From: Candidatus Multivoradales bacterium
GTDB lineage: Bacteria > Acidobacteriota > Thermoanaerobaculia > Multivoradales > JAHEKO01
Direction of reading: 5' to 3'
DNA: 64,000 bases
Assembly (NCBI GenBank): GCA_965223855.1
Contig: CBDCXM010000009.1
Location: forward strand, 1,664,001 to 1,728,000
A program made the translations under genes and the position numbers. Under the pieces are notes generated by a model. That model was not told where the DNA came from. It was given only the letters and a program-made list of their open reading frames with translations, and did not search any database. Positions within the stretch are counted from its first letter, which is position 1; each line of letters opens with the position of its first letter. Shown here piece by piece: positions 1 to 8,481 of the stretch.

Positions 1-2
1 TT

Positions 3-329
3 CGCGGCGACGGCTCGATTCGGGTCGATCGCCTCGAGTCGGCCGGCACGCTGAAGGTGGTCGCCAGAATCCCGAAGCCGAACCCCGAACTGGAGGACCT
101 CGTCCTGAGCGAGGGGTTCGACGGGGTGGTGCTGGAAGCGACCACGACCTGCTCGGATCAGAGCTGGACCTTCACCGGGCAGGGACGGCACGTCCTCGAG
201 GTCTCAGTCGGAGCCGGCGCAGGGGAGTGCGAGATCGCCTTCGTGCCGCGGTATCAGATCGTCAACCGGCTCAACCTCGACGGGCGGGCGCTGGTCGTCG
301 ATCTGCTCGCCTGGCAGCCGGCGGGCTGA
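3..329 (+). CDS. 3' end of a hypothetical protein (truncated by window start)
   Basis: Frame is open from position 3 to TGA at 327-329 with GC3-rich codons; no recognisable motif. Confidence 0.55.
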   Translation, partial: RGDGSIRVDRLESAGTLKVVARIPKPNPELEDLVLSEGFDGVVLEATTTCSDQSWTFTGQGRHVLEVSVGAGAGECEIAFVPRYQIVNRLNLDGRALVVDLLAWQPAG

Positions 330-347
330 AGCCGCTGAGTCTTTGAG

Positions 348-884
348 CTAGCCGGCGGTCGAGAGCGTGACCGCCTGCTGGACCGGCAGGCCGTCGACGG
401 CGCCGAGCGGCGTCCAAACCTCGACCTCTTCCTCGACCTGCTCACCGCCGCGCTCGACGGTCTCGGTCTCCATCGTGATGTCCATCCACTGCGCCTCGGT
501 GAGCGCGACCTCGACGACGAACTTGCCGCCGGCCGGCATCTCCGGCCTCGAGGTCTCGGTCGTCCAGAAGTTGTAGAGCGGAATGTCGAGTTCGCCGCCC
601 GCCGGCACCGGATACATGAAGAGCTGGTTGCCGTAGACGGTCAGGTCCTGACCGTTGAGGGTGACGCGGAAACCGAGTTGGGAAGCGATCTTGTCGCCGT
701 CGTTGCGCACCTTGACGGTCAGCTTGCACAGCGTGTCCGCCGCCGGAGTCTCCGGATCGACGGTGATCCCGGTCACGGAGAGCTGGGACGCGGCGGTGGC
801 CTCGTCCTGAGCGGCCAGTGGAGCGGTCTGGAGCGCGAGCAGCACGATGCCGGCCGCGAGGGCGGAGCGCAGGAAGATCTTCAT
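348..884 (-). CDS. Secreted hypothetical protein, possible CARDB/Ig-like domain
   Basis: Signal peptide MKIFLRSALAAGIVLLALQTAPLAA, then LSVTGITVDP...LTVKVRNDG (CARDB-like pattern). The upstream part of ORF 348..1760 is the antisense shadow of the next gene. Confidence 0.7.
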   Translation of the reverse strand: MKIFLRSALAAGIVLLALQTAPLAAQDEATAASQLSVTGITVDPETPAADTLCKLTVKVRNDGDKIASQLGFRVTLNGQDLTVYGNQLFMYPVPAGGELDIPLYNFWTTETSRPEMPAGGKFVVEVALTEAQWMDITMETETVERGGEQVEEEVEVWTPLGAVDGLPVQQAVTLSTAG

Positions 885-965
885 CGTCGGGATCATAGCG
901 GATGAGTGGGAGACAATAGGAATCGGGCGACGCGTCGCGATGTTGACGCCCTTCGAGGTCGAGCG

Positions 966-1826
966 ATGAGAACCGACGACGATCGAACTAGATTCCAGCG
1001 GTACGGCTGGCCGGCCATGGCGGTGGCCGGCGGAGTCTCCGCGCTCGGCTATCTGCGCAACCGCTTTCAGCACGGCTCGATGTTCCATCCCGACCGCTAC
1101 CCGAACGGGATCTGGAACCCGGCGCCCTACGGGCTCGACGTCGACGACAGCTGGTTCACCACCACGGACGGGGTCGATCTGCACGGCTGGTGGATCCCGC
1201 ACAAGCGGGCGCGAGCGACGCTGCTCTTCTGCCACGGCAACAGCGGCAGCATCGCCCATCAGATCGGCGTGCTGCGTCACCTGCGTCGCCTGCGGGTCAA
1301 CCTCTTCGCTTTCGACTATCGCGGCTACGGCCGCAGCTCCGGGTCGCCGAGCGAGAAGGGGCTCTACCTTGATGTCCGAGCGGCCCATGCTTTCGTCACC
1401 GGTGAGCTGGCGAGGCCGGTGGAGGAGGTGGTGCTCTTCGGCCACTCCCTCGGCGGAGCGGTGGCGATCGACGGCGCCGTCGATCTTCCGGTGGCGGGGC
1501 TCGTCGCCCAGGCGACTTTCACCGACGTGCGGGACGCGGCGCGCGCCTTCTACCCGACGCTCCCCGTGCATTGGATAGCCCGCGCCCGCTTCCGCTCGAT
1601 CGACAAGGTCGGCACCCTCGCGATGCCGAAGCTCTTCATTCACGGCGACGCCGACGGCACGCTGCCGCTCGAATTCGGAGAGCGGCTGTACGAAGCGGCG
1701 GCAGAGCCGAAAGAGTTCTACCGCGTAGCCGGAGCCGGCCACAACGACGTGCACCGGCACGGGGGTCTCGGCTACCTGCGCCGGCTCTCGCGGTTCGTCA
1801 GGAACTGCCGGGCGGCAGCTCTGTGA
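966..1826 (+). CDS. Alpha/beta hydrolase (Bem46/ABHD17-like)
   Basis: HGNSG oxyanion motif, DYRGYGRS, GHSLGG nucleophile elbow, HGDAD acid, GAGHND His. Confidence 0.9.
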   Translation: MRTDDDRTRFQRYGWPAMAVAGGVSALGYLRNRFQHGSMFHPDRYPNGIWNPAPYGLDVDDSWFTTTDGVDLHGWWIPHKRARATLLFCHGNSGSIAHQIGVLRHLRRLRVNLFAFDYRGYGRSSGSPSEKGLYLDVRAAHAFVTGELARPVEEVVLFGHSLGGAVAIDGAVDLPVAGLVAQATFTDVRDAARAFYPTLPVHWIARARFRSIDKVGTLAMPKLFIHGDADGTLPLEFGERLYEAAAEPKEFYRVAGAGHNDVHRHGGLGYLRRLSRFVRNCRAAAL

Positions 1827-1880
1827 TTGGAGTCACAGACCGCTCGAGGTGATTTCGCCACAATTCCGGCGGAGCCTTCG

Positions 1881-2387
1881 ATGGTCTGTCGTTTTCGCTT
1901 CTACTGCGCTCTCCTTGCGATCGGCGTGCTCGCCTCCTGCTCGACAGGCGGCGACCGCGGTACGCCGACCTCGCCAGGCAATACGCCGACGGTAGCCCAG
2001 GTCGAGTTCGACTCGTTCGCGCTCGTGAACGTCGCCCGCTCCGACAACGGCGTGCAGCCACAGCTCGTGTACGACGAGGCCCTCGCCGCGGTCGCGAGGT
2101 CCCACAGCGAGCAGATGCGGGATCTCGACTTCTTCGGCCACTCGGACGACCAGGGCCGCACAGTCGGCGGGCGGCTCACTGATGCCGGCATCGGCTTCAG
2201 CTCGGCCGGCGAGAACCTCGCCCGCACGACCAACATCGCCAACCCGGCCGTGTGGGCACACGATCAGCTGATGGCGAGCGACGAGCACCGCCCCAACATC
2301 CTCAACGAGGACTATCTACGCATCGGCGTCGGAGTGGCGCGCGCAGGGACGACGTACTGGATCACCCAGGTCTTCGTGGCCCCCTGA
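1881..2387 (+). CDS. CAP/SCP domain lipoprotein
   Basis: Lipobox VLASC; ARSHS..M..LDFFGH, GENLA, SDEHRPNIL, IGVGVA, YWITQVF. Confidence 0.9.
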   Translation: MVCRFRFYCALLAIGVLASCSTGGDRGTPTSPGNTPTVAQVEFDSFALVNVARSDNGVQPQLVYDEALAAVARSHSEQMRDLDFFGHSDDQGRTVGGRLTDAGIGFSSAGENLARTTNIANPAVWAHDQLMASDEHRPNILNEDYLRIGVGVARAGTTYWITQVFVAP

Positions 2388-2424
2388 TCGCCGCCCGAGC
2401 GTCCCGCCACGCCGGGTGCCGCAG

Positions 2425-3558
2425 TCAGTCGTGCAGGGCGGGGCCCGCCAGCCCGAGATCTTCGTAGACCGCGTTCGTCAGGGCGTCGAAGCGCCGACGA
2501 TGAACGTCGTCACCCGGTGCCCCGTTGACGATGCAGACGACGACCACCTGCTCTTCCGGGTCGGCGAAGGCGACCGCGGTGCGATGGCCGCCGTGACCGA
2601 AGGCGCGCGGCGAGGCGTGATCGCCGAAGCCGTACGGGAGGCCGGGGAGGTCGTGCCAGCGTGAGTTGACGATCACGCCGAGCCCCCAATCGAGCGGGTA
2701 GCGGAAGGTGTGGTCGAGCAGGCCGACCCGATGCCGGGCAGAAAGCGCCGCCACCGTCTGACGGCCGAGCAGCCGCGTGCCGTCGAGCGCGCCGCCGGCA
2801 AGCAGCGCCGACCAGAAGCGCGCGAGTTGGCCGACCGGGCCGATGCCGCCTCCGCCCGGTGAGCAGGCGGTGGTGTGGGTGCGGTCGGTCCACGGGAGCG
2901 GGGTGAGTTCGGCCCGGTCGTTCGACTCGCCGGCAGGGGAGGCTGTGTCGAAGACCGGCGCGATCCTGCGGCCGTAGCCGTCGTAGTGCTCCCCGGGCAT
3001 GCCGATCCAGCAATCGTCCATGCCGAGGGGGAGGAAGATCTCTTCGCGCACGTAGGTCGGCACCTCGCGGCCGTCGAGGCGTCGAATCAGCTCGCCGAGC
3101 ACGAACCAGCTCGACGACAGGTGATAGCCGGCCTTGCGGCCGGGGGTCCAGCGCGGCTCGAGCTTCATCTGCGCGACGGTGTCGAGGATCTCGGACCAGG
3201 GGCGCTCGGGGAAGCCGAGGCCGAGCTTGCGGATACCCCCGGTGTGGGTCAGCAGGTGCCGGACGGTGACCGCTTCTTTGCCCCCGGCGGCGAAGTCGGG
3301 CCAGATCGCGGCGACCGGTGTGTCGAGCTCGAGGAGACCGCGCTCCCACAGCTGAGCGATCGCCACGGCGACGACCGGCTTGGTGACCGACAGCCACAAC
3401 ATCAGGTGGTCGCGCGTCAACGCCTCGCCCGGGCGCGCCTCTCCGACAGCGAGATCGGCGACGGTCTCGCCGTCTCGCAGAACGCACAGCTGGCCGCCGA
3501 GGTGGAGCCCGGTCGCGATGCCGGACTCGAGAGCAGCGGTCGCGGCAGGCAGCGTCAT
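2425..3558 (-). CDS. Serine hydrolase, beta-lactamase class C/esterase family
   Basis: SVTK (SxxK), LLTHTGG, PGRKAGYH, FGHGG. Confidence 0.9.
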   Translation of the reverse strand: MTLPAATAALESGIATGLHLGGQLCVLRDGETVADLAVGEARPGEALTRDHLMLWLSVTKPVVAVAIAQLWERGLLELDTPVAAIWPDFAAGGKEAVTVRHLLTHTGGIRKLGLGFPERPWSEILDTVAQMKLEPRWTPGRKAGYHLSSSWFVLGELIRRLDGREVPTYVREEIFLPLGMDDCWIGMPGEHYDGYGRRIAPVFDTASPAGESNDRAELTPLPWTDRTHTTACSPGGGGIGPVGQLARFWSALLAGGALDGTRLLGRQTVAALSARHRVGLLDHTFRYPLDWGLGVIVNSRWHDLPGLPYGFGDHASPRAFGHGGHRTAVAFADPEEQVVVVCIVNGAPGDDVHRRRFDALTNAVYEDLGLAGPALHD

Positions 3559-3590
3559 CAGGCGGCGAGGATACCTATAATCTCCCTCCC

Positions 3591-4409
3591 ATGCCGCGCT
3601 TCCTCGCCGCTGCCGTGCAGCTCACCTCGACCTCGGACGCCGACGCCAACTGGCGCTCTGTGAAGGAGCTCGTCGCCCGGGCGGCGAGCCACGGCGCCCG
3701 CTTCGTAGCGACGCCCGAGAACACCAACTATCTCGGCCCGCACGAGGAGAAGGTGCGTCTCGCCGAGACGCTCGAAGGCCCGACCTGCTCGCGCTTCACC
3801 GAGCTGGCGGCCAAGCACGGCCTCCACCTGCTGCTCGGCTCCTTCAACGAGCGCAGCCCCGACCCGAACCGCTGCTACAACACCTCCGTCCTCTTCGGCC
3901 CCGACGGCCGGATCGTCGCCACCTACCGCAAGATCCATCTGTTCGACATCGATCTCTCCGACGACGTCCGCTTCCAGGAGTCGGCGACGGTGATGCCGGG
4001 CACAGAGGTGGTGGTGGGCGAGACGAAGCTCGGCGCCTTCGGCCTGTCGATCTGCTACGACCTGCGCTTCGGCGAGCTCTACCGCGCCTTGACTGCCCGG
4101 GGCGCGACGATCCTCACCGTCCCCTCCGCCTTCACCGCCCGCACCGGCAAGGCGCACTGGCTGCCACTCCTCCAGGCGCGCGCGATCGAGAACCAGTGCT
4201 GGCTCGTCGCCCCGGCGCAGAGCGGCCGCCACGACGACGACGGCCTGCGCGAAAGCCACGGTCACTCGCTGATCCTCGATCCCTGGGGGCAGGTCGTGGC
4301 GATGGCGCCCGAAGGGCCGGGGTTGGCGCTGGCGGAGATCGACACCGCACGGGTCGCGGACGTGCGCAGGGCGATGCCGGTGGCCGAGCATCGGCGGCTG
4401 CCGGGCTAG
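3591..4409 (+). CDS. Carbon-nitrogen hydrolase (Nit1/deaminated glutathione amidase-like)
   Basis: Glu-Lys-Cys triad motifs TPEN, YRKIHLFD, ICYDLRF; also ARAIENQ and GHSLILDPWG. Confidence 0.92.
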   Translation: MPRFLAAAVQLTSTSDADANWRSVKELVARAASHGARFVATPENTNYLGPHEEKVRLAETLEGPTCSRFTELAAKHGLHLLLGSFNERSPDPNRCYNTSVLFGPDGRIVATYRKIHLFDIDLSDDVRFQESATVMPGTEVVVGETKLGAFGLSICYDLRFGELYRALTARGATILTVPSAFTARTGKAHWLPLLQARAIENQCWLVAPAQSGRHDDDGLRESHGHSLILDPWGQVVAMAPEGPGLALAEIDTARVADVRRAMPVAEHRRLPG

Positions 4410-4468
4410 GCTCTCCGACAGACCACGGTTTCGGCCTTCAACCCCCTCCCTCCCCTCTCGCGGCCCAC

Positions 4469-4817
4469 GGATTCAGGTCGACGAAGCCCTTTCTCTCAAC
4501 TGGCCAGCCCGACCCGACCCCAGTTGGGAGAAACCCCTTCGTCGCCCTTGACGGTAAGCAAAGCTGCAGCCTCTCCCGGGCCTGTCGGGGCGCTCCATTC
4601 CGGAGAGGCCTGAGAGTCGCTGGAGCGGGAGAACGCTCCTGAGAAGGAGCGTTTGAGCGAACTGGACTTCGAACCTCGATTCGGACTTCTGAAGCACTGC
4701 GGTGAGATCGGGAGAAGCTGTAGCGTGGCGGGTCATCAAGGGGGACGAAGGGGTTTCTCTCACCGGGGTCTGGTCGGGTTAGGCCGGTGAGAGAAAGGGC
4801 TTCGTCCCCCTGAATCC
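4469..4817. repeat. Structured intergenic element: ~83-bp imperfect terminal inverted repeats, each itself a hairpin (REPIN/MITE-like or ncRNA)
   Basis: 4469-4551 is a near match to the reverse complement of 4736-4817; inner stem 4563-4578/4709-4724; perfect 9-bp hairpin with GAGA loop at 4632-4653. Confidence 0.8.
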
Positions 4818-4886
4818 TCCAGACGCGCGTTGTCGCCCAGGAACCGATCGCCAGCAGCTGAAGTCAGAGGGTGTAGGAGGTCGAAG

Positions 4887-5609
4887 ATGCGAAAGAGTCG
4901 CGAGATCGATCTGCACCCCGAGCAGGACTACTGGGCGGCGCGGGCACGAAGCGCCACCCTCGAGCGGCGGGAAGAGCGCCGCAGGCTTCAGTGGGCCGCC
5001 CTCGGAACCCTCCTTCTGCACGGTGCGCTCCTCATGCTGCGCCTGCCCGAGGGCGGCCCCTCCTTGCCACCGGAGCCGGAGCGGGTGGTCTTCGCCGTCC
5101 GCAACCACGTGCTGCGGCCCGAGCCGGAGCCGGAACCGGTGCCGGAGGTGAGGCCGGAGAGACCGGACCCGCCGACCCCCACGGTGATCGTTCCGGGGCC
5201 GCCGGAGATCGATCCGGAACCGGTGGAGACGGCGCCGGAGCCGATTCCGCTCGACCTGCCGGTCGTGGCGATGGACCCGATTCCAGTGCCTGCCGATCCG
5301 CCGCCGTCGATCGAGGCCGGGCCGGTGCGATGGGACGGCTCTCTGACGAAGCCGCAGCAGGAGTACGCGCCGTTGCCGCACTACACCGACATGGCACGTC
5401 GGGCGCGGCGGCAGGGGAAGGTGATCGTCGAAGCGGTGATCGAGGCCGACGGCCGGGTGACGGACGTCAGAGTGCTCCGCGGCCTCGGGTTCGGTCTCGA
5501 CGAATCGGCCGTGGCCACGGTGTCGACGTGGCGCTTCCGGCCGGCGATGCGCGGTGGCCGGCCGGTGGCGGTGATCTACACGCTGGTGATCAACTTCCGG
5601 CTGCAGTAG
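4887..5609 (+). CDS. tonB: TonB family energy transducer
   Basis: AGGAGG RBS; TM segment with LLLHG, Pro/Glu-rich spacer, TonB_C motif YTDMARRARRQGKVIVEAVI...GLGFGLDESA...WRFRPA. Confidence 0.88.
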   Translation: MRKSREIDLHPEQDYWAARARSATLERREERRRLQWAALGTLLLHGALLMLRLPEGGPSLPPEPERVVFAVRNHVLRPEPEPEPVPEVRPERPDPPTPTVIVPGPPEIDPEPVETAPEPIPLDLPVVAMDPIPVPADPPPSIEAGPVRWDGSLTKPQQEYAPLPHYTDMARRARRQGKVIVEAVIEADGRVTDVRVLRGLGFGLDESAVATVSTWRFRPAMRGGRPVAVIYTLVINFRLQ

Positions 5610-5636
5610 CCGACTGGGCTCCGGGTTCCCGGGTGC

Positions 5637-6785
5637 TCAGCGCCCCATCAGCCCGGCCAGCAGATCGACCCCTTCCCGCAGCACCTCGGGGGGCGCCGCA
5701 GTGAAGCAGAGCCGCACGTGGGTCGGGTAGGGGCCGAAACTGGTGCCGGGGGAGAGGAAGAGACCGCGATCCGCGGCATCTTCGAGGAAGCCGGCGAGTC
5801 CCCGGTCGTCGAGGTGGTCGGCGACGTCGGGGAACAGGAAGGCGCTGCCGGCGGGCGGCTCGAGCCCGAGGCGCTCCGCGGCGTAGCGGCCGAGTTCGGC
5901 GTACTTTGAACGCGCCTCGTCTAGCCAGGTGTCACCGAGCTCGAGCGCCTTCAGGGCCGCGACCTGCGAGGCGGTCGGGGTGGAGTAGAAGGTGTGGGTG
6001 CTGACCTTGCGCAGCTCGCTCATCACCTCGGGCGGACCGACGATGTAGCCGCAGCGGTTGCCCGCCATGCCGTAGGCCTTCGAGAACGAGTGGCACGAGA
6101 AGGTCCGTTCGGGGGCGAACGCTCTCGCGTAGGTGTGGTCCCCTTCGTAGACGTAGTCCTCGTACACCTCGTCGGAGACGAGCCACAGGCCGTGCTCGCG
6201 GCACCAGCCGGCGAGCGCCTCGATCCAGTCGCGTTCGAGCAGCCGGCCGGTCGGGTTGTTGGGGGTGTTGAGGTAGAGGGCGATGGTGCGCTCGGTCCGG
6301 AGGGCCTCGACCGCTGCGACGGCCTCTTCGGTCGAGCCGACGTCGCCGACGAACGGCACGTCGACGGGCGTGCCGCCGAACGAACGGACGATGCCGGCGA
6401 TCAGCGGCCAGTAGGGAGCTAGCAGCAGGACCTCGTCGCCGGGCTCGACGATCGCCCCAGCCATGGCGCCGAGGGCACCGGTCGCGCCGGCTGCGACGAG
6501 TACCTGCCCGGGCTCGGTGGCGACACCGGCGCGCTCGGCGACGTGCTCGGCGACAGCGGTCCGCAGGTCGGGTCGCCCCTGTGGCTGCGCGTAGCGGTGC
6601 AGCCCCGGCCAGTCCTGCTCGGAGAGGTCTTCCATCCGGCAGCCGACGGCGGGCTCCATCCAGGTGTCGCCGACGTGAAACGGGTAGATCGTCCCCTCGA
6701 AGGTCGACATCTTTCGCGCCAGAGCGGTGTAGACCGAGCCGGGCATCGAGCGAACGTTGGCGGAGACTTGCGGCGGTCGCGGCAT
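5637..6785 (-). CDS. PLP-dependent aminotransferase class I/II
   Basis: NTPNNPTG, SDEVY, SFSKAYGMAGNRCGY (PLP lysine). Confidence 0.92.
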   Translation of the reverse strand: MPRPPQVSANVRSMPGSVYTALARKMSTFEGTIYPFHVGDTWMEPAVGCRMEDLSEQDWPGLHRYAQPQGRPDLRTAVAEHVAERAGVATEPGQVLVAAGATGALGAMAGAIVEPGDEVLLLAPYWPLIAGIVRSFGGTPVDVPFVGDVGSTEEAVAAVEALRTERTIALYLNTPNNPTGRLLERDWIEALAGWCREHGLWLVSDEVYEDYVYEGDHTYARAFAPERTFSCHSFSKAYGMAGNRCGYIVGPPEVMSELRKVSTHTFYSTPTASQVAALKALELGDTWLDEARSKYAELGRYAAERLGLEPPAGSAFLFPDVADHLDDRGLAGFLEDAADRGLFLSPGTSFGPYPTHVRLCFTAAPPEVLREGVDLLAGLMGR

Positions 6786-6882
6786 GGCGGGAATCTATCG
6801 CGCCGCGGGGACACGGTGGTGTCCTGCCCGGGACACGACACGGGGAGATCAGGCCGCCGTGGAGCTGTGATAGAGAACTGGC

Positions 6883-8481
6883 ATGTCCGAAGCGTCGCTC
6901 TACGAGCAGGTGCTGGCTCAGGTGGCCGGTGGGTCGGGAGGAGGGTCGCTCGTCGCCTCGCCGCCGCCGCGGGCGTCGGCGTCGATCGTGCCGTGGCGCG
7001 GCTCGGGTGCGGGTCTCGAGCTGTACTGGGTCAAGCGCTCGCCGACGATGAAGTTCATGGGCGGGTGGCACGCCTTCCCCGGCGGCGGCGTTTCGAAGCG
7101 CGACGTGACGACCGCCGTGAGGGGCGAGCCGGCAGGGCTCGAAGGGGCTCCACTGGAGGCGGCGATGCCGGAGAGCGTCCTCGACGGCATCGGCGAGCTG
7201 ACGCCGGTCCTCGCCCCCGGCGTGGTGGCCGCAGCGCTGCGGGAGGCGTTCGAGGAAATCGGGATTCTCCCCGGGCTGACGATCGATGGAGCTCGCCTGC
7301 TGGAGGCGCGCAGGCGGCTCGTCGGGCGTGAGTCGACGCTCGACGGGATCGCGACCGAACTCGAGATCGAGCTCGATGCCTCCCGTCTGAGCTACGCCGG
7401 ACGGTGGCTCACGCCGCCGCTCGGACCGGTGCGCTTCGACAACCGCTTCTTCCTTCTCGAATGGTCTGAGGCCGAACCTCTGCAGCCGGTCATCGACGGT
7501 GACGAGATCGTCGAGGGGGAGTGGATCCGGCCGCTCGAGGCGCTCGACCGGTGGCGGCGCGGCAAGGTGATCGCGGCACCGCCCATCCTCCATCTGCTGC
7601 GGGTGATGGCCGAGGACGGCCCGGTTGCAGGGCGCGCGCGGCTGCTCGAACCGGAGGAGGCGAACCTCGGCGCCTTCCGCAACGTCGAGTTCCGGCCCGG
7701 CGTCGTGCTGCTGCCGGTGCGGACCCCGACCCTGCCCCCCGCCGCCTTCACTAACTGCTACCTGCTCGGCTTCGAGTCGGCGGTGCTGGTGGACCCGGGA
7801 AGCCCGTTCGAGCGCGAGATCGACTGGCTGGAAGGGGCGGTCGCCGCGGCCGAGGAGCGTCTCGGCCGCCGGGTGGGTGAGATCTGGCTCACTCACCACC
7901 ATCCCGATCACGTGGGTGGCGCGATGGCGCTGCGGGAGCGCTGTGGTCTGCCGATTGCCGCACATGCCGACACGGCGGCGCGGCTCGAGGGACAGGTGAC
8001 GATCGATCGGTGGATCGAGGACGGCGAGACGACGCGGCTCGGGGAGGGTTTCACCGTGCGTGCGCTCCATACTCCGGGGCACGCGCGTGGGCACCTCGCC
8101 TTTCTGCACGAGGAGCTCGGGTCGCTCCTGACCGGGGATGTGGTGGCGGGTTTCGGCACGATCGTCATCGATCCGCCGGAGGGCGACATGGCTCAGTACC
8201 TCGAGACGCTGACGGTGCTCGAAGAGCTCGGCCCACGCACTCTCTTCCCGGCTCACGGCCCGACGCTGCTCGACGCCGTCGGCACGCTGGCGGAGTATCG
8301 GCAGCATCGCCTGTGGCGCGAAGAGCGGGTGTTCGACGCCTGGCAGGGGGGAGAGCGGGAGCTCGGGGACCTGCGGGCCGCGGTCTACGAGGACCTCTCG
8401 CCGATGGCGTTCCCGCTCGCCGAGCGCCAGGTGAGCGCCCACCTCGAGCGCCTGCGGGCCCTCGGCCGCATCGACGCGTGA
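6883..8481 (+). CDS. NUDIX hydrolase / metallo-beta-lactamase (LACTB2-like) fusion
   Basis: N-half FPGG...AALREAFEEIG and WLTP..RFDNRFF; C-half THHHPDHVGG, HTPGHARGH, TGD, PAHG. Confidence 0.88.
   Translation: MSEASLYEQVLAQVAGGSGGGSLVASPPPRASASIVPWRGSGAGLELYWVKRSPTMKFMGGWHAFPGGGVSKRDVTTAVRGEPAGLEGAPLEAAMPESVLDGIGELTPVLAPGVVAAALREAFEEIGILPGLTIDGARLLEARRRLVGRESTLDGIATELEIELDASRLSYAGRWLTPPLGPVRFDNRFFLLEWSEAEPLQPVIDGDEIVEGEWIRPLEALDRWRRGKVIAAPPILHLLRVMAEDGPVAGRARLLEPEEANLGAFRNVEFRPGVVLLPVRTPTLPPAAFTNCYLLGFESAVLVDPGSPFEREIDWLEGAVAAAEERLGRRVGEIWLTHHHPDHVGGAMALRERCGLPIAAHADTAARLEGQVTIDRWIEDGETTRLGEGFTVRALHTPGHARGHLAFLHEELGSLLTGDVVAGFGTIVIDPPEGDMAQYLETLTVLEELGPRTLFPAHGPTLLDAVGTLAEYRQHRLWREERVFDAWQGGERELGDLRAAVYEDLSPMAFPLAERQVSAHLERLRALGRIDA

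Noticed and set aside
4494-4529. Integron attC site (TCTCAAC...GTTGGGA)
   Set aside because: Too short, imperfect core sites, not retained in the second arm, and no integrase or cassette organisation.
4660-4700. tRNA (minus strand GGTTCGAAGTCC resembles a T-loop)
   Set aside because: No cloverleaf, acceptor stem or anticodon arm could be built.
5932-8442. Long antisense ORFs (also 9195..11066, 20640..23015, 27739..30213, 35545..38460, 49595..52159)
   Set aside because: Shadow frames of well-supported genes; stop codons are rare in high-GC DNA and the translations lack motifs.
2425-8481. Antibiotic-resistance beta-lactamases
   Set aside because: The serine hydrolase lacks a signal peptide and looks esterase-like; the MBL-fold protein is LACTB2-like and NUDIX-fused.
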